DNA from: Chrysomallon squamiferum
Taxonomy: Eukaryota; Animalia; Mollusca
NCBI GenBank assembly: GCA_012295275.1
Contig: CM022674.1
Location: forward strand, 3,472,001-3,536,000
Reading direction: 5' to 3'
Length of the DNA: 64,000 nucleotides
Position numbers and translations under genes: made by a program. Below are positions 47,417 to 60,864 of this stretch, piece by piece. A model generated the notes under the pieces. That model searched no databases, had not been told where the DNA came from, and saw nothing but the letters and a program-made list of their open reading frames with translations. Numbering within the stretch: the first letter of the stretch is position 1; every line of letters starts with the position of its first letter.

Positions 47417-47501
47417 TTGTGTGTTCTTGTGTGTGTGTGTGTGTGTGTGTGTTTAAATAGATATATAGATACTTAAATTATGGACGGATGGATGGATAGA
47501 T

Positions 47502-47701
47502 NNNNNNNNNNNNNNNNNNNNNNNNNNNNNNNNNNNNNNNNNNNNNNNNNNNNNNNNNNNNNNNNNNNNNNNNNNNNNNNNNNNNNNNNNNNNNNNNNNN
47601 NNNNNNNNNNNNNNNNNNNNNNNNNNNNNNNNNNNNNNNNNNNNNNNNNNNNNNNNNNNNNNNNNNNNNNNNNNNNNNNNNNNNNNNNNNNNNNNNNNNN
47701 N
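47502..47701. other. Assembly gap (200 N)
   Basis: Run of exactly 200 N; the left contig ends at the start of a (GATA)n tract. Confidence 0.99.
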
Positions 47702-48984
47702 TTATTATGTTTGATTCATTTGAGTCTGGGTCAGTCAGACATTTGAAACTTTCTTACAGGATCTTGTATTATGTGGCCAACACTGGATTAGTGTTAGTAT
47801 GTGATATTGTTATACCGAAAAGTTAGAATAGTGGTCTTTCATCTTTCTAGTTAGCTCTTCATGGTGGTCGATAGCTGGATTCGATCCCAGAAACTTATTC
47901 AAAAACAAAAGACGTAGATATGAAGCTTCGACGTTCAGTTATACAAAATGTCACAAAAGCCTGAGTATAAAGAAACCTCGTTATAATTATTAGCTTTTAA
48001 CTGTAATGTTCACTTATTATTTATTTTACATTAAATTTAATTTGAAATAAATAGAATAAAAGATAAAAATAACTGTAATGTTCACTTATTATTCAGTTAT
48101 ACAAAGACTTTTTTACTCACACTTTGTGAATCAAGCAGCAGAATATGTTAAAGTGTTCAGGAGATAAAATCTGTTTAATAATGTACAAATGTTGTATATA
48201 TACATTTAGCTATGAGAGTAGCCGTTATCAGGATCCGATCCCATAAACTATTATTTAAAAACAAAACACGTAAAGCATACCTCTTCCACATTCAGTTACA
48301 GAGAAATTTAGATAAGTCATAAAAGCTCACAACAAAATATAATTTCAGAACCCATGAATAGCACGTGTTGATAAAGCAAGCGAAATAACTCTAGCAAGAT
48401 ACTGTTCCACGAGAGTTCTTTCCCTTGACTCTCTCGTGTTCCTACTTTTCGTGAATTAGATATTCTCGAAAACGTTATTTGTTGTTTGTTGCTTGGTTTT
48501 TGTGAATTTTGTTTTTGTTGTTGTTTTTATATTGTATTTTGATTTCTACTGTTTGTTTTGCTTTGTTGTTTTTGTTGTTTGTTTTACTTTTTCTGTTGTT
48601 ATCTTTGTTCTATTTCTTATTTTTTTTTTTTATACCAATTATGTTGTTAATATTTAGGTGGAAGATATAGATTCAGGCTTACATTTTATTGTGCTTATTT
48701 CACACTTTAGATATTCCGTGAAATTAGCTTGTCAGGATTTGTTTAAACTTTGAAATGTTTTACAGTGTAGTGTAACATATACTTTAGCTGGATCGTGGAT
48801 TCTGTTGATAAAGTTTCTAAGAAATTTAATTAAACAGTTATATCACGAGTTTTATTTTTCGACTTAACGAATATTTAGATATCATTATTCATGACGTTTT
48901 AACGTGATTTTAAAACATATTCACGTAGCCGTATTATTGTTATTGTTATTACGTCACAGTTCCTGTAGAAGTGGTTTCTATAGA
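47702..48984 (-). repeat. Inverted copy of 34207-35450
   Basis: The reverse complement aligns by eye with 34207-35450 (e.g. TATAGAAACCACTTCTACAGGAACTGTGACG), with scattered substitutions. Confidence 0.85.
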
Positions 48985-49067
48985 AACAGTGTTTTAGTAG
49001 GTATGTTTTAAAATGAAATATTTGTGTAACAACCAGAACAAAGAAACTAATATATATAATAAAAAAC

Positions 49068-49152
<85 letters not shown>

Positions 49153-49189
49153 GCGTATGTGTGTGTGTGTGTGTGCGTGTTATGGTATG

Positions 49190-50063
49190 TATTATGACAT
49201 AAAACTAAACTGAAAATCTATGTCATATATGTTTCTGTATTTTCTTTGGTTTAAATTATTATTGGTATTAGTAGTAGCAGTATTCCGCACACAGTAATGT
49301 TATTACTTATTTTTATATATTTTTTATGTTTTATTATACTTATTTCAAATTAAATTTAATGTAAAATAAATAATAAGTGAACATTACAATTAAAATATAA
49401 TAATTATTACCAGGTTTCTTTTTTTATACTCAGGCTTTTGTGACACTTTTGTACCAATTCTTTCACAGATTCTTAATTCGTAAGAGAGTTGCATGAATAT
49501 ATGTGTATGTCTATATGAGTCTGTGTGTTTGTCTGTGTGTGTCTGATAATATTTAGATACAATTATTGATGACGATTTAACGTAGTTTTATGACATTTTC
49601 ACGTATCTGTATATTTGTTATAGTTATTAAGTCAAATTTCATGTAGAAGTGGTTTCTATGGAAAGTGAGTTTTACTAGGTATGCTCCGTAGAAGTATGCA
49701 TACGAAACTGTATTTCTTTGAGAATCTTTACTTCATAAATATTACTACTGCCACTACTACCACTACCACTATTACTTGTACTGCCACCAGTATAACGTAT
49801 ACTACGGCTACGACTAGCTACCACAACAACACTTAGTATACTACTAAACCACCCCTACCAGAAATACTACTAAGCTTCTAATGTTATTAATATTACAGCT
49901 ATGACTATTTCTACTGTTGCTATTGCTACTACTATTACTTACGACCTCTATAACTATTACTGCTGCTACTACTACTATTACTGCGACAACTGCTACTACT
50001 AGTGATAGGGAGTTAAAAAGGAATATTTTTGTAACAACCACAATAAAGAAACAATATAATAAA

Positions 50064-50155
<92 letters not shown>

Positions 50156-50510
50156 ATTATGACATCATAAAACTAAATTGAAAATCTGTGTTGTATAATG
50201 TTTGAGTATTTTCTGTGGTTGAAATTATTAATATTATTAATATTAATATTATTCTAAATTTATATTATAATATAGAAAAAAAAAGTCTTTTTTACCTTTT
50301 ATTCTATTTATTTCAAATTAAATGACTAATGTCAAATAATAATAACTGAATTAAAGAAATCGGGAGTTAATGAACAAGCGAAACATAAAATAAATGATCA
50401 GCGAACAGTACAGTTAAAGGATCATAATTATTACGAGGATTTTTGTATACTCAGGCTTTTTTTGACATTTTCTACAAATACATCTACAGACTGAGTGATT
50501 GTTATTTGGT
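49190..50510 (+). repeat. Two copies of a local ~300-bp interspersed repeat typically abutting (AG)n
   Basis: Motif CATAAAACTAAATTGAAAATCT..TTCCGCACACAGTAATGTTATTA..ATTACAGTTAAAGGATAATAATTATTAC..ACTCAGGCTTTT. Also at ~25155, 26190, 37425, 38560 and 42380 (+), and ~9870, 11560, 15745 and 19630 (-). Confidence 0.7.
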
Positions 50511-50618
50511 AAGAGAGTTATATATATGTGTAGATGAGTGTCTCTCTCTGTGTGTGTGTGTCTTTCTCAATATTATTAAAGTAATATTTATTACAGAAAA
50601 CGTTTGCAGACTGAAATG

Positions 50619-50677
<59 letters not shown>

Positions 50678-50786
50678 CAACATTAATAATAACAATACTA
50701 ATAACAATAATATTGATGTGTGCGTGTATGTGTGTCTGTGCGTTAGAGGACACTTTTGTGAAGTATTAAATGAAAATTAAAATAGA

Positions 50787-52113
50787 ATGTCTGTATGTCT
50801 ATATTTACACATGTCTGTACATCTATATTTACATCTGTCTGTACGTCTATATTTAAACATGTCTGTACATCTATATTTACACTTGTCTCTATGTCTATAT
50901 TTAAACATGTCTGTACATCTATATTTACATCTGTCTGTACATCTATATTTACATCTGTCTGTACCTCTATATTTACATCTGTCTGCACATCTATATTTAC
51001 ATCTGTCTGTACATCTATATTTACATCTGTCTGTACATCTATATTTACATCTGTCTGTACATCTATATTTACATCTGTCTGTACATCTATATTTACACCT
51101 GTCTGTACGTCTATATTTACACTTGTCTGTACATCTATATTTACATCTGTCTGTACCTCTATATTTAAACATGTCTGTACATCTATATTTACATCTGTCT
51201 GTACATCTATATTTACATCTGTCTGTACCTCTATATTTACATCTGTCTGTACATCTATATTTACATCTGTCTGTACCTCTATATTTACATCTGTCTGTAC
51301 ATCTATATTTACATCTGTCTGTACATCTATATTTACATCTGTCTGTACATCTATATTTACATCTGTCTGTACATCTATATTTACACCTGTCTGTACATCT
51401 ATATTTACATCTGTCTGTACATCTATATTTACATCTGTCTGTAAATCTATATTTACACCTGTCTGTACGTCTATATTTACATCTGTCTGTACATCTATAT
51501 TTACACCTGTCTGTACATCTATATTTACCTTTGTCTGTACATCTATATTTATACCTCTCTGTATGTCTATATTTACATCTGTCTGTACGTCTATATTTAT
51601 ACCTGTCTGTACGTCTATATTTACACTTGTCTGTACATCTATATTTACACATGTCTGTATATCTATATTTACACTTGTCTGTACATCTATATTTACACTT
51701 GTCTGTATGTCTGTATTTACACGTGTCTGTACGTCTACATTTACACCTGTCTGTATATCTATATTTACACTTGTCTGTACATCTATATTTACACTTGTCT
51801 GTATGTCTATATTTACACTTGTCTGTATATCTATATTTACAACTGTCTGTACATCTGTATTTACACATGTCTGTATATCTATATTTACACTTGTCTGTAC
51901 GTCTATATTTACCTTTGTCTGTACATCTGTGTTTACACATGTCTGTACGTCCATATTTACAATTGTCTGTACATCTGTGTTTACACGTGTCTGTACGTCC
52001 ATATTTACAATTGTCTGTACATCTGTCTTTACACATGTCTGTACATCTATATTTACAATTGTCTGTTTCTCTGTGTTTACACATGTCTGTAGGTCTATAT
52101 TTACATTTGTCTG
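50787..52113. repeat. 24-bp minisatellite, about 55 units (consensus ACATCTATATTTACATCTGTCTGT)
   Basis: Direct reading of strict 24-nt periodicity; produces the four overlapping >430-aa ORFs in the track. Confidence 0.97.
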
Positions 52114-53035
52114 CGTTACTGTTGATGGACAGAACACAATGAAAAAGATAGAGAGAAGACTAATATTTTAAAATGAAGCAGAAGAATAATAAATAATTAA
52201 ATAAATAAATCAATAAATAAACAATGTGAACATTATCATCGTTGTTGTTGTTACTACTATTCTTAAATAAACAGAAACAAATAATGTTATCATTATTATT
52301 GTTTTTGTTATTCTGTTTATTATTAGTAATAATAACATGCTATGGTGTAATATAATATAATATTAAATTATAGAACAAAGTAAGAACACAAACAAGATGT
52401 TTGTTTTAATTTATATTTATTATATATGAATATATGTCGTAAGGTTGGCTATGCAATCGTTCATACCACTGAAACCCACGTCGTCCATAAAGTAAGGTCG
52501 TTGATGACGCCGACGTTGATCTTGTTAACAGACGCAGTTACCATGACAACCGCTTCTTCACGCTGAATGCCATTTGTTGCCTGAAAATAGAAATTTAGAC
52601 ATGACAATTTTTACTACTATAACAACAAATACCAGTACTGCTATTACTGTTAATAACCCATAACATTATTACCAAGATTACTAGTAGCACTAGCTATAGT
52701 AGCAGTAACAATAATAGCGGTAGTAGTAATAGTAATAGTGGTAGAGGTAGTAGTAGTAACAGTAATAGTAATAACATAAAATATGATTATTTACTTATTT
52801 ATTTATTTATTTATTTATTCATTCATTCATTCATTCATTCATTCATTTATTCATTTGTTTATTAAGGCAGACGACAATATTGTTGTTGTTATTGCGCTCT
52901 TTCATTCTCTGTTTCATTCATCTTGCTTTATTTTATTTATACATAATTTGTTCATATAAACAGAATGTTTGAACTTAATATTTAAGTATTATTATCGTTG
53001 TGATTATTATCATTATTATTATCATTGTTGTTATT

Positions 53036-53066
<31 letters not shown>

Positions 53067-53553
53067 TTATGATTATAAAAAGTTGACCCAACCTTATTGC
53101 AAGGGTTCATAATATTTATATTACAATGTAAAAGCAGCCAGCCAGTCAAAATTGACAGTGATAAGAGGGGAAGTCCCAGTTTTCTCACAATGGTGTCTGA
53201 ACGCGACCAGTCGTTGAACTGAAAATGTATTATGTCTCACTTGACACTGTGACGTTACAGGTAATAGATGACCTCTGACGTGTTAGTTAATGGCGACAAC
53301 AAGGGTATCCGATATTACACGATGTAACTCTATTAGGGAGAGAAATAGTAGAGCTCAAACAACGATAGTTTATAATATGGCGATTTAACCTGTCTGTACT
53401 TAGGTTTCTTTCATTACCTCTCTTGTTTTTAATTACACATAAAAAACAATGTATCCAACGACTATCCTTCATTACTTGGAAATGTCTACTTTCGGTTTCG
53501 CTTTTCACGTACTAGTAAACATTTCGGCCTTGAACTGTCGCGAGCGTCCTCAC

Positions 53554-53598
53554 CATGACGTCATGAATAGCACTCTGACAATTAACCGCGGCCAATCA
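53554..53598. promoter_or_regulatory. CpG-rich promoter-like element: palindromic CRE plus CCAAT box
   Basis: CATGACGTCATG (12-bp palindrome containing TGACGTCA) at 53554-53565 and GCCAATCA at 53591-53598, in a locally CpG-enriched patch. Confidence 0.4.
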
Positions 53599-54190
53599 TT
53601 TGCGAGCACGTTTGAACACTTTTAACCGCGAACAGTCATTTCAGGGCTACTTTGAATAATAATTAAACGTGTATATACAATGATTTTAGCTTTATTAATA
53701 TCGCTATTTACGTCTTCTTTTTTTCCACTCCAGTTTAGCCTAACAAGTGTTTCAACCAGTATCTGGTACTGAAACTGTAAACTGATTCAAAACTACAAAA
53801 TTATATTTCGTATCACATATTTGAAAATAATTATTAAATAGGCTTACCATGCGCTAATAATAACATAATGTACAAGACACATTCAACTATTTTTGAATTA
53901 TTGTAATACATAGGCCACATATAACAACTCCAATAACTACTGTAATAACTACGTCACGTATAATAACTTCAAAACTGTTGTAATATACAAACTACATATA
54001 ACAACTTCAGAACTAATGTAACTTTAAACCAGACATCCCTGACACATTTTAAGTATATAGTAAACAGGATGAAATATTGATCTATGTCAGTACACTTTAA
54101 GAATACATTTGTCATTCCAGGCCAGTGGGTTGTCAAAAGCTGTGGTATTCGCATCCTCCCTCCCTCTCTCTCTGTCTCTCTGTCTCTCTG

Positions 54191-54229
<39 letters not shown>

Positions 54230-54705
54230 GTCTCTCTCTCTCTCTCTGTCTCTTTCTCTCTCTAACGAAACAAATGGAACATTTAAAATGATTGAAACAA
54301 AAGTTATAAAAAGAGATATTTTACACGTTTATTCAAAATTACAAAATTACAATATATTAATATGTATTCATAAACGATAAGATAAAAAAATAAATAATTC
54401 AGTACCACACAACAATTATTAAAATTCAACTATTATGGAGCGAGCTTTCATTTTTTTTATCAGTAACCGAACCTATATGTGTATATAGTAAAGGAAAACA
54501 AAGTCGTCCTTTTCACAGAAGCCATGCCAAACCGCTCTCTCTGTCTCTATTTGTCTTTCCGTCTATCCCAAAGCTATATTATATATAGAGACGTAGCCCT
54601 ACCTCTTTCCATTTGGCTCTCGGCAAAACTGAAAATGAACCAAGATTACGAATGGTATTAACTTTCACAGTATGAAAATATATTCACAAGCACATATGGA
54701 TAAGA

Positions 54706-56093
54706 TTATTTGGCTGCAGGTTTTTCTAAGATTGTCCAATTGTCTCCCTGTAGTAGCCATTGTGCCATACGTTGGTATTCAGATTCTTCTGGTGAGGAAA
54801 CGTCAGTTTCTTCTTCCTTACAGTAAACGGTGGGTAGAGATGAAGGCTTCAATCCTGTCCCATCCGAACATTGCACAGAGGCTAAAGATGACGAAGAAGC
54901 AGGAGGAAATGATGATGATGATGATGATAAAAATGTTCATTAAATGACGGGGGATAACTGGAATGTGAATTGTTACAAACAACTGGGTCACATTCTTTCA
55001 GTGGACTCAAATCTACAGAATTTAAATCTTCAGAAGACAAACTGTCTTCATTTGATGAATACGAATATTCAGAGACAGTTTGCTCACACGTTTCTGCACG
55101 TGAATTTGAGGTTGAAGGTGAGGACATACGTTCTGAAATCGAACCGTTAGAAATATCGGATACATCATCATCTTCAGAGCCGATAAATGGACTGGAATTT
55201 TCACAGTTACGTTTTAGACGTTTTGAAAACTGTTTAGGACAGGAATCGTCCAATAAACGTTTCTGACTGGACTGAGTTGAAAGAGTATCCTGAAAACAAG
55301 TGACTGATGGACGTGAACTTTCATACAGATCAGATTTCAAATCTGTAGAGTTATGTGCCAGCGTAGAACATTCCAGTCTTCTCGAAACATCAGATGATGT
55401 TTGTAAATTTGGCAAAATATCTGAGCAACCTAAGGAATCTTGTGCAAAATCGGAAGAGTCAGGATTGGGAATGGTCTGCGGCGCAGAAGAAGGAATGATG
55501 GCTTTAGTGACGTTGGTTTCTCTTGACAGGTCCTGGCTGACGTCTATCGGTGATGACGTTGTTTTGTTTCTGCAAGACAGTGGTTGCTCTTGAGGGGTTC
55601 CCCATTTTAATAAAAACGTTTTGTGAATTTTTGTAAGGAAATCTGAGTCGTTGTTCATCCGCTCATCAAATGTCGCCTTGTCTTCAAACATTTTCTGAAT
55701 TTTTATAAAGCATTTTGAGTCGTTGTTAACCCTATCATCAAGTGTGTCTTTCTCTTCTGGAGAAAGATCATTAATGCATTTTTCAGCGCTCTCTAAGTAT
55801 TCAGTAATCTGTCGACATTATATTTCTGTTTTGAGCTTCTTGAATGTCACCAGATTTTTTATGTCGTTCAAACATATGAGAAGCGTCTTGACTTCCGAAA
55901 GATAATTGGAGGGAACTTTATTTAAATCCAAACAGCGCTGAATATCAGATTTTAACTTTTCTTCTACAGTTTTTTTTTACCGTTTTTGTAATCAGCTTTT
56001 CTGCGGGAAGTTCCCTGCAGCCAAATTTCCATTAAACTATACATTTTCCGCACTTAGTCCAGCCTTCGACACTTTTTTAACTGTCTCAGGCAT
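54706..56093 (-). pseudogene. Disrupted, apparently intronless gene for a ~450-aa protein with a basic/helical N-terminus and Ser/acidic low-complexity tail; function unknown
   Basis: ATG at 56093 (MPETVKKVSKAGL), early TAG/indels, then TVEEKLKSDIQRCLDLNKVPSNYLSEVKTLLICLNDIKNLVTFKKLKTEI*CRQITEYL (TAA at 55818-55820), continuing in frame into ORF 54882-55691. After a frameshift near 54930 it reads SSSFPPASSSSLASVQCSDG...EYQRMAQWLLQGDNWTILEKPAAK* (stop 54706). Confidence 0.65.
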
Positions 56094-58450
56094 TGCGGTA
56101 ATTTTTGAAAAAAAAAAAAAAAGATTAAAAAAAAAAAAAAAATGGAAAAAGAATGTAAAAGTTATAAATATATAAATATATAAATAAAATATAAACTGTT
56201 CTGTTGTAAAACTACAAAAATGAAAGAAATACCAACAGCTATGTACAGATATAAATCGCTTGGGCTCTCAAGTGTTTTCGACAGATTTGCTTCACAGCAA
56301 CGATTTTCGTTTAGCAGCAAATTTGATATCATCGACTCAAGAACGCATGCGGGGCCGGGGGGGGGGGGTGACGGCCTTTCAATATAAAAGTCCCCATGCC
56401 GTCGACGTAGTGGATGCATCGTCTTGGCTTGACATGTCGCCGCCAGAAGATGTGCCGAGACAGCCAAGGATACAGCATGCCGACTATGACGTCCTTGTCA
56501 GCAAAATCCATCTGCTGTAGCTGGTCTGATCCCCCAACAAACGACGTCACTGTGTGAGGCGCAGACTCTTTTTGGCGGGAACCTGTGATGATGTTAACTT
56601 CCTCTGCGCTAGCGGCGCAGTCCTGAAGTATTGTGTCAAAACGGTTCAGAAGTATTATGACAAAACAGTCCTGAAATTTTAAAACATCATCATCATCATT
56701 AGGCTGGAGGTGAAATGGACGAATCCATTTTAGATTAAGTTGGATGGGTCTGTTCTATTTTTCCATCATATTTAGCTCGCGTAACAACTGGCAGTTCTTA
56801 GTCTGGTGATACGGAAACATTCGGATAACATTTAATAATAATAATAATTAGTATTACTACTACTACTATTATTATTACATAGTACTAGCTGCAGTAGTAG
56901 TAGTTGTTGTTACTGGTGGTGGAAGGATTACGGCGATGTCTGTTAAATAAAAAAAAAAAAATAATATATTTATTTTTATTATTTACCAAACATTTTCTGC
57001 AGTCATCAGTACGCCACATAGAAATCCGAAGAAGCCATTTGCAGATGCCCGGTGGATCTTCCCGCGGAAAAGCTAACATCATTTTGTGAGGCGCAAAATC
57101 TTTTAGCCGGGAACCTGTGATAATGTTACGTTTCTCTACGAAGTGAAATATTGTGACGAAAGAAATTTGAAAATATAAAACATTATCATCATTATTATTA
57201 TAAGCAGTAGTAGCAGCAGTAGCAGTAGTAGTAACAGTAGTAGTAGTAGCAGTAGTAGTAGGAATGTAATTACCACTACTGGTACTACTATTATTACTAC
57301 TGCTATTATTGTTGCCTTTGTTGTCGTCGTCGTTGCTATATAAAGCAAATGACCAGACTTAGATGTGGCATAAAACAACCAAAAAAAAAAAAAAAGAAAA
57401 AAAAACAGAGAAATAAATAAATAAATAAATAAATAAATACAATTTTTCAAAATAGCAAAATAGCAAAATGTTTATATGAAATGGTGCTAATGTAGTGTTC
57501 GCCTACGGAGTGTGTGGGCGAATGGGTGTCACATTTTAAAATCTATTATGTTTTTTTTTGAGATTGTCACTGGACTTGCCCGGGGTGTGCTGCTGGGTTC
57601 GCGGATGTAGTCTACGTGCAAACTTTAATCAGACGTACATCAGACTACAAAACATCACGTTTTATACACTCGCACGTGTACGAGACGAGTGACATGTTTT
57701 GAAGCATGTTTTGTAAACAGTCACCATCTTGTTATCATTACACCATCAAATAAAATGGGCCAACCATGACGACAGTGAATATGATCAAATTTCAACATGG
57801 AGCTGTAAGTAAAAATAAAACACTATATATAGTCATTTTACTGGCTGGTAGAATTCAAAGCATGTCCTTTATCGAACAAATGAATTGGTTTAAAGTCTTT
57901 ATCCTTTATATTTGTTCAAATTAGGTGACTTAGACCTCTATCTCGTGTTGGGCTCGTAACCTGGTATTCTTAGGTCAAAAGGTGCATAACTTATACTATG
58001 ACTGCTGTATTACTGTATAACAAACTACAACAACAATAATTACTACTTCTACTACAACCACATCTACCTCTACTACATCTACTACTATTACTACTAGTAC
58101 ATCTACTATGAGAGTTACATGTATATATGTGTATATGACTGTGTGTTTGTGTGTGTGTCTTTCTCAGTAGTATTAAAGTGATATGTATTAAAGAAAGAGG
58201 GTATAGACCGCGACAAGCCATTGTACTGAAAATGTATCGCGTGACACTGTGACATTATCTTCCACGTCATAGCTAACCTCTGAACTGTTAGTTTATGATA
58301 CCCATCTAAAGTTACATTTTGTACATATTTTAGTGAGGGAGAACAATAGTGATGAATGGTAAAGCTTAGATTGTTGTTCGTTTAAAATACCGCGATTAAA
58401 TCTATCTCTGCTTTCCTCTCTTTCACAAATAACAAAATGTTTTTTAAAAA

Positions 58451-58481
<31 letters not shown>

Positions 58482-59143
58482 CAACAGAAAACAGCCATCT
58501 ATCAGAAATGACAGTGGGAAAAAGGTAAATCCCCATTATTTTTTTTTTTTTCAAATGTTAATTTATAATATGACGATTAAATCTATCTGTGCTTTCCTTT
58601 GTTTCAAAAATACTACTACTACTACTAATAATAAAAATAATAATAATAGAAGAAAAAACATCTATCAGTAATATGATATCCGCCAACCAGATGATCAAGT
58701 TTCAAGATAGGACTTTAAGAAAGAATAAAACATTATACCAGCATCTTACTGGCTGATAGAATTCAATGAACATCCTTTACCGAACAAATGAATTGGTTTA
58801 AAGACATTTTTAACGTTTATGTTTGTTGAAATTAGACCTGTTAGATGTTTATATCGTGCTGACCTCGTAATCTGAGATTTTTAGGATAAAAGATGTTGAG
58901 CTACTTCTTGTCAGCCGTGTAAACCAGATTTGTCACAAAACCCCTTCGATTCATAAAACTATTCTCCATTTATCTCTCTACAGTCGTCTTGATGTACTTT
59001 TCGTTTACTTATTTACTTATGCTGTTAATCATTTCAGTGTAAGATGGATTTGGAGACATTCAGTTGTTTTATTTCTAATTAACTGTACACACATACAAAC
59101 ATACGTCCTTAGTAATGTGTGCCTTTAATATTTGTCTGTATGT

Positions 59144-59186
<43 letters not shown>

Positions 59187-59256
59187 CTTATAAATATAGA
59201 TAGATAGGTAGATACGGATATGGATATATATATATGTGTGTTTGTATATACATACA

Positions 59257-59288
<32 letters not shown>

Positions 59289-59338
59289 AACGTATGTCTG
59301 TATATATGTATGTATATTTTTTTATACACGCATAGATA

Positions 59339-59867
59339 GGGAAAATTCGGGACCGATGAGCCGTTTTTAAGGTATTTCGCCATTTCAACGAAACCTTCAT
59401 AGCTATTCACTGAAAGAATTTTGATGCTTATAGAGACATTATTGTTTCTCGATTACAATACAGAGTTTGATAGGTTGCCTTCAACAACATCGTCGTGGGA
59501 TACACTTATATAACTGAGTCTGTGATGACTCATCGGTGCCCAGGGTAAGTTATCAATGAAGCAGCCTTTATGATCAGATGGGCAATGATATCACAGAGGG
59601 AAACTAGGTAGGTGGGACCCCATAGAAAATGGCTCGTTCATCCCCAACAGCATTTACATTACCTTAGCCCAGTTTAACAGAGAACCACATCGCATACGTT
59701 TCAACTTTGTGTTGCTAGCCTGATCCAAAGCTATCTATAAAATATGAGCGACGGTTACACTATTTAGTAGTTTCACTGATGGTGGATAGGTGTTACTAAC
59801 GATTTTGCAGTCAGGAGTTTATGGGGTGGCACAAAACCCCCGGGGCTCATATGTCCCCAGTTTCCCG
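59339..59867. mobile_element. Complete 529-bp TA-flanked MITE (probably Tc1-mariner/pogo-derived) upstream of gene D
   Basis: TA|GGGAAAATTCGGGACCGATGAGCC ... GGCTCATATGTCCCCAGTTTCCCG|TA: 24-bp imperfect TIRs (18/24), TA on both sides, no coding capacity. Confidence 0.7.
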
Positions 59868-60016
59868 TACACAAGTGAAAAAACTAACGATGTAATCCGA
59901 GCAGGCTGTTGTAAACAACACCTGCGATACTCCGTCTTTCCGAGAAAAGCAGGGGTGTTTTTTACGCAGAATTTCTGACCTTGCGAAATACGAGTTTTAT
60001 ACAAATGAACAGTTAA

Positions 60017-60025
60017 TATATAAAA
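60017..60025 (+). promoter_or_regulatory. TATA box of gene D
   Basis: TATATAAAA ~30 nt upstream of a CATT initiator-like site (60047-60050) and ~95 nt upstream of the ATG. Confidence 0.65.
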
Positions 60026-60610
60026 CGCGTAAACAGCTACTGACCGCATTGTTCATTCCGGATCTACCTTTGACAAGGTGCTAACATACAAGGGTAAAAA
60101 ACAAGAAGACATTTTGGATATGGCGAAACTGGTGATTTTCTTGGCTGTTTTAGTTTTCGCTACTGGTCAGTATCAGTTATATTTTTTAATATCAGTTGTA
60201 GTCGCTACTAGTAGTTATGGAAGTAGTCGTTCTTCTAGTAGTGGTAGTAGTTGTTACTGTTGTTGTAGTTATAGTTGCAGTGCGGGCTGCTTGGGGAAAA
60301 ATCAGGCACAGTGTAACACTTTGTTTTCGTTCTATTTTTATTTTCGTTTTCTTTTTAATTTTAATTTTAAAATTAAATTTACTTATAACTTTAATTTTAA
60401 TTTTAATTTTATTTTTAATTTTGATTTTTGTTTTAATTTTAATTTTGTTTTAATTTTAATTTTAATTTTAATTCCAATTTTAATTTTTGTTTTAATTTTA
60501 ATTTTAATTTTGATTTTTGTTTTTACGATATTTTTATTATCTTAAATTTTCTTAAATTAAATAAAATAAATTTAATTTAATTATTACTATTTTCATCATC
60601 ATCATCATCA

Positions 60611-60645
<35 letters not shown>

Positions 60646-60774
60646 TAATGAAAGTGTTTTTATCTTACGAAAAAAAAAAAAAAAAAAAAATAATAATTTT
60701 GATTTTATTGTTGTTTTTACTTTATTTTTATTTTCTTAAATTTTCATAAATTAATGTTATTTTACTTTATTATT

Positions 60775-60864
<90 letters not shown>

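Larger units (their letters stand above)
55900..60200 (-). repeat. Inverted paralogous copy of the gene B upstream region (29900-34209)
   Basis: The reverse complement is colinear and near-identical by eye; ORF-track pairs 30672/59075, 31728/58293, 32735/57136 and 30048/59819 translate almost identically. Confidence 0.9.

Noticed and set aside
50743-52171. Four >430-aa ORFs as real genes, or the array as CRISPR
   Set aside because: They arise from a stop-free 24-bp tandem unit; there are no unique spacers, no cas genes, and the context is eukaryotic.
60078-60545. 155-aa ORF as a single-exon membrane protein
   Set aside because: Only 60120-60165 is exon 1; the rest is read-through into low-complexity intron after a conserved GT donor.
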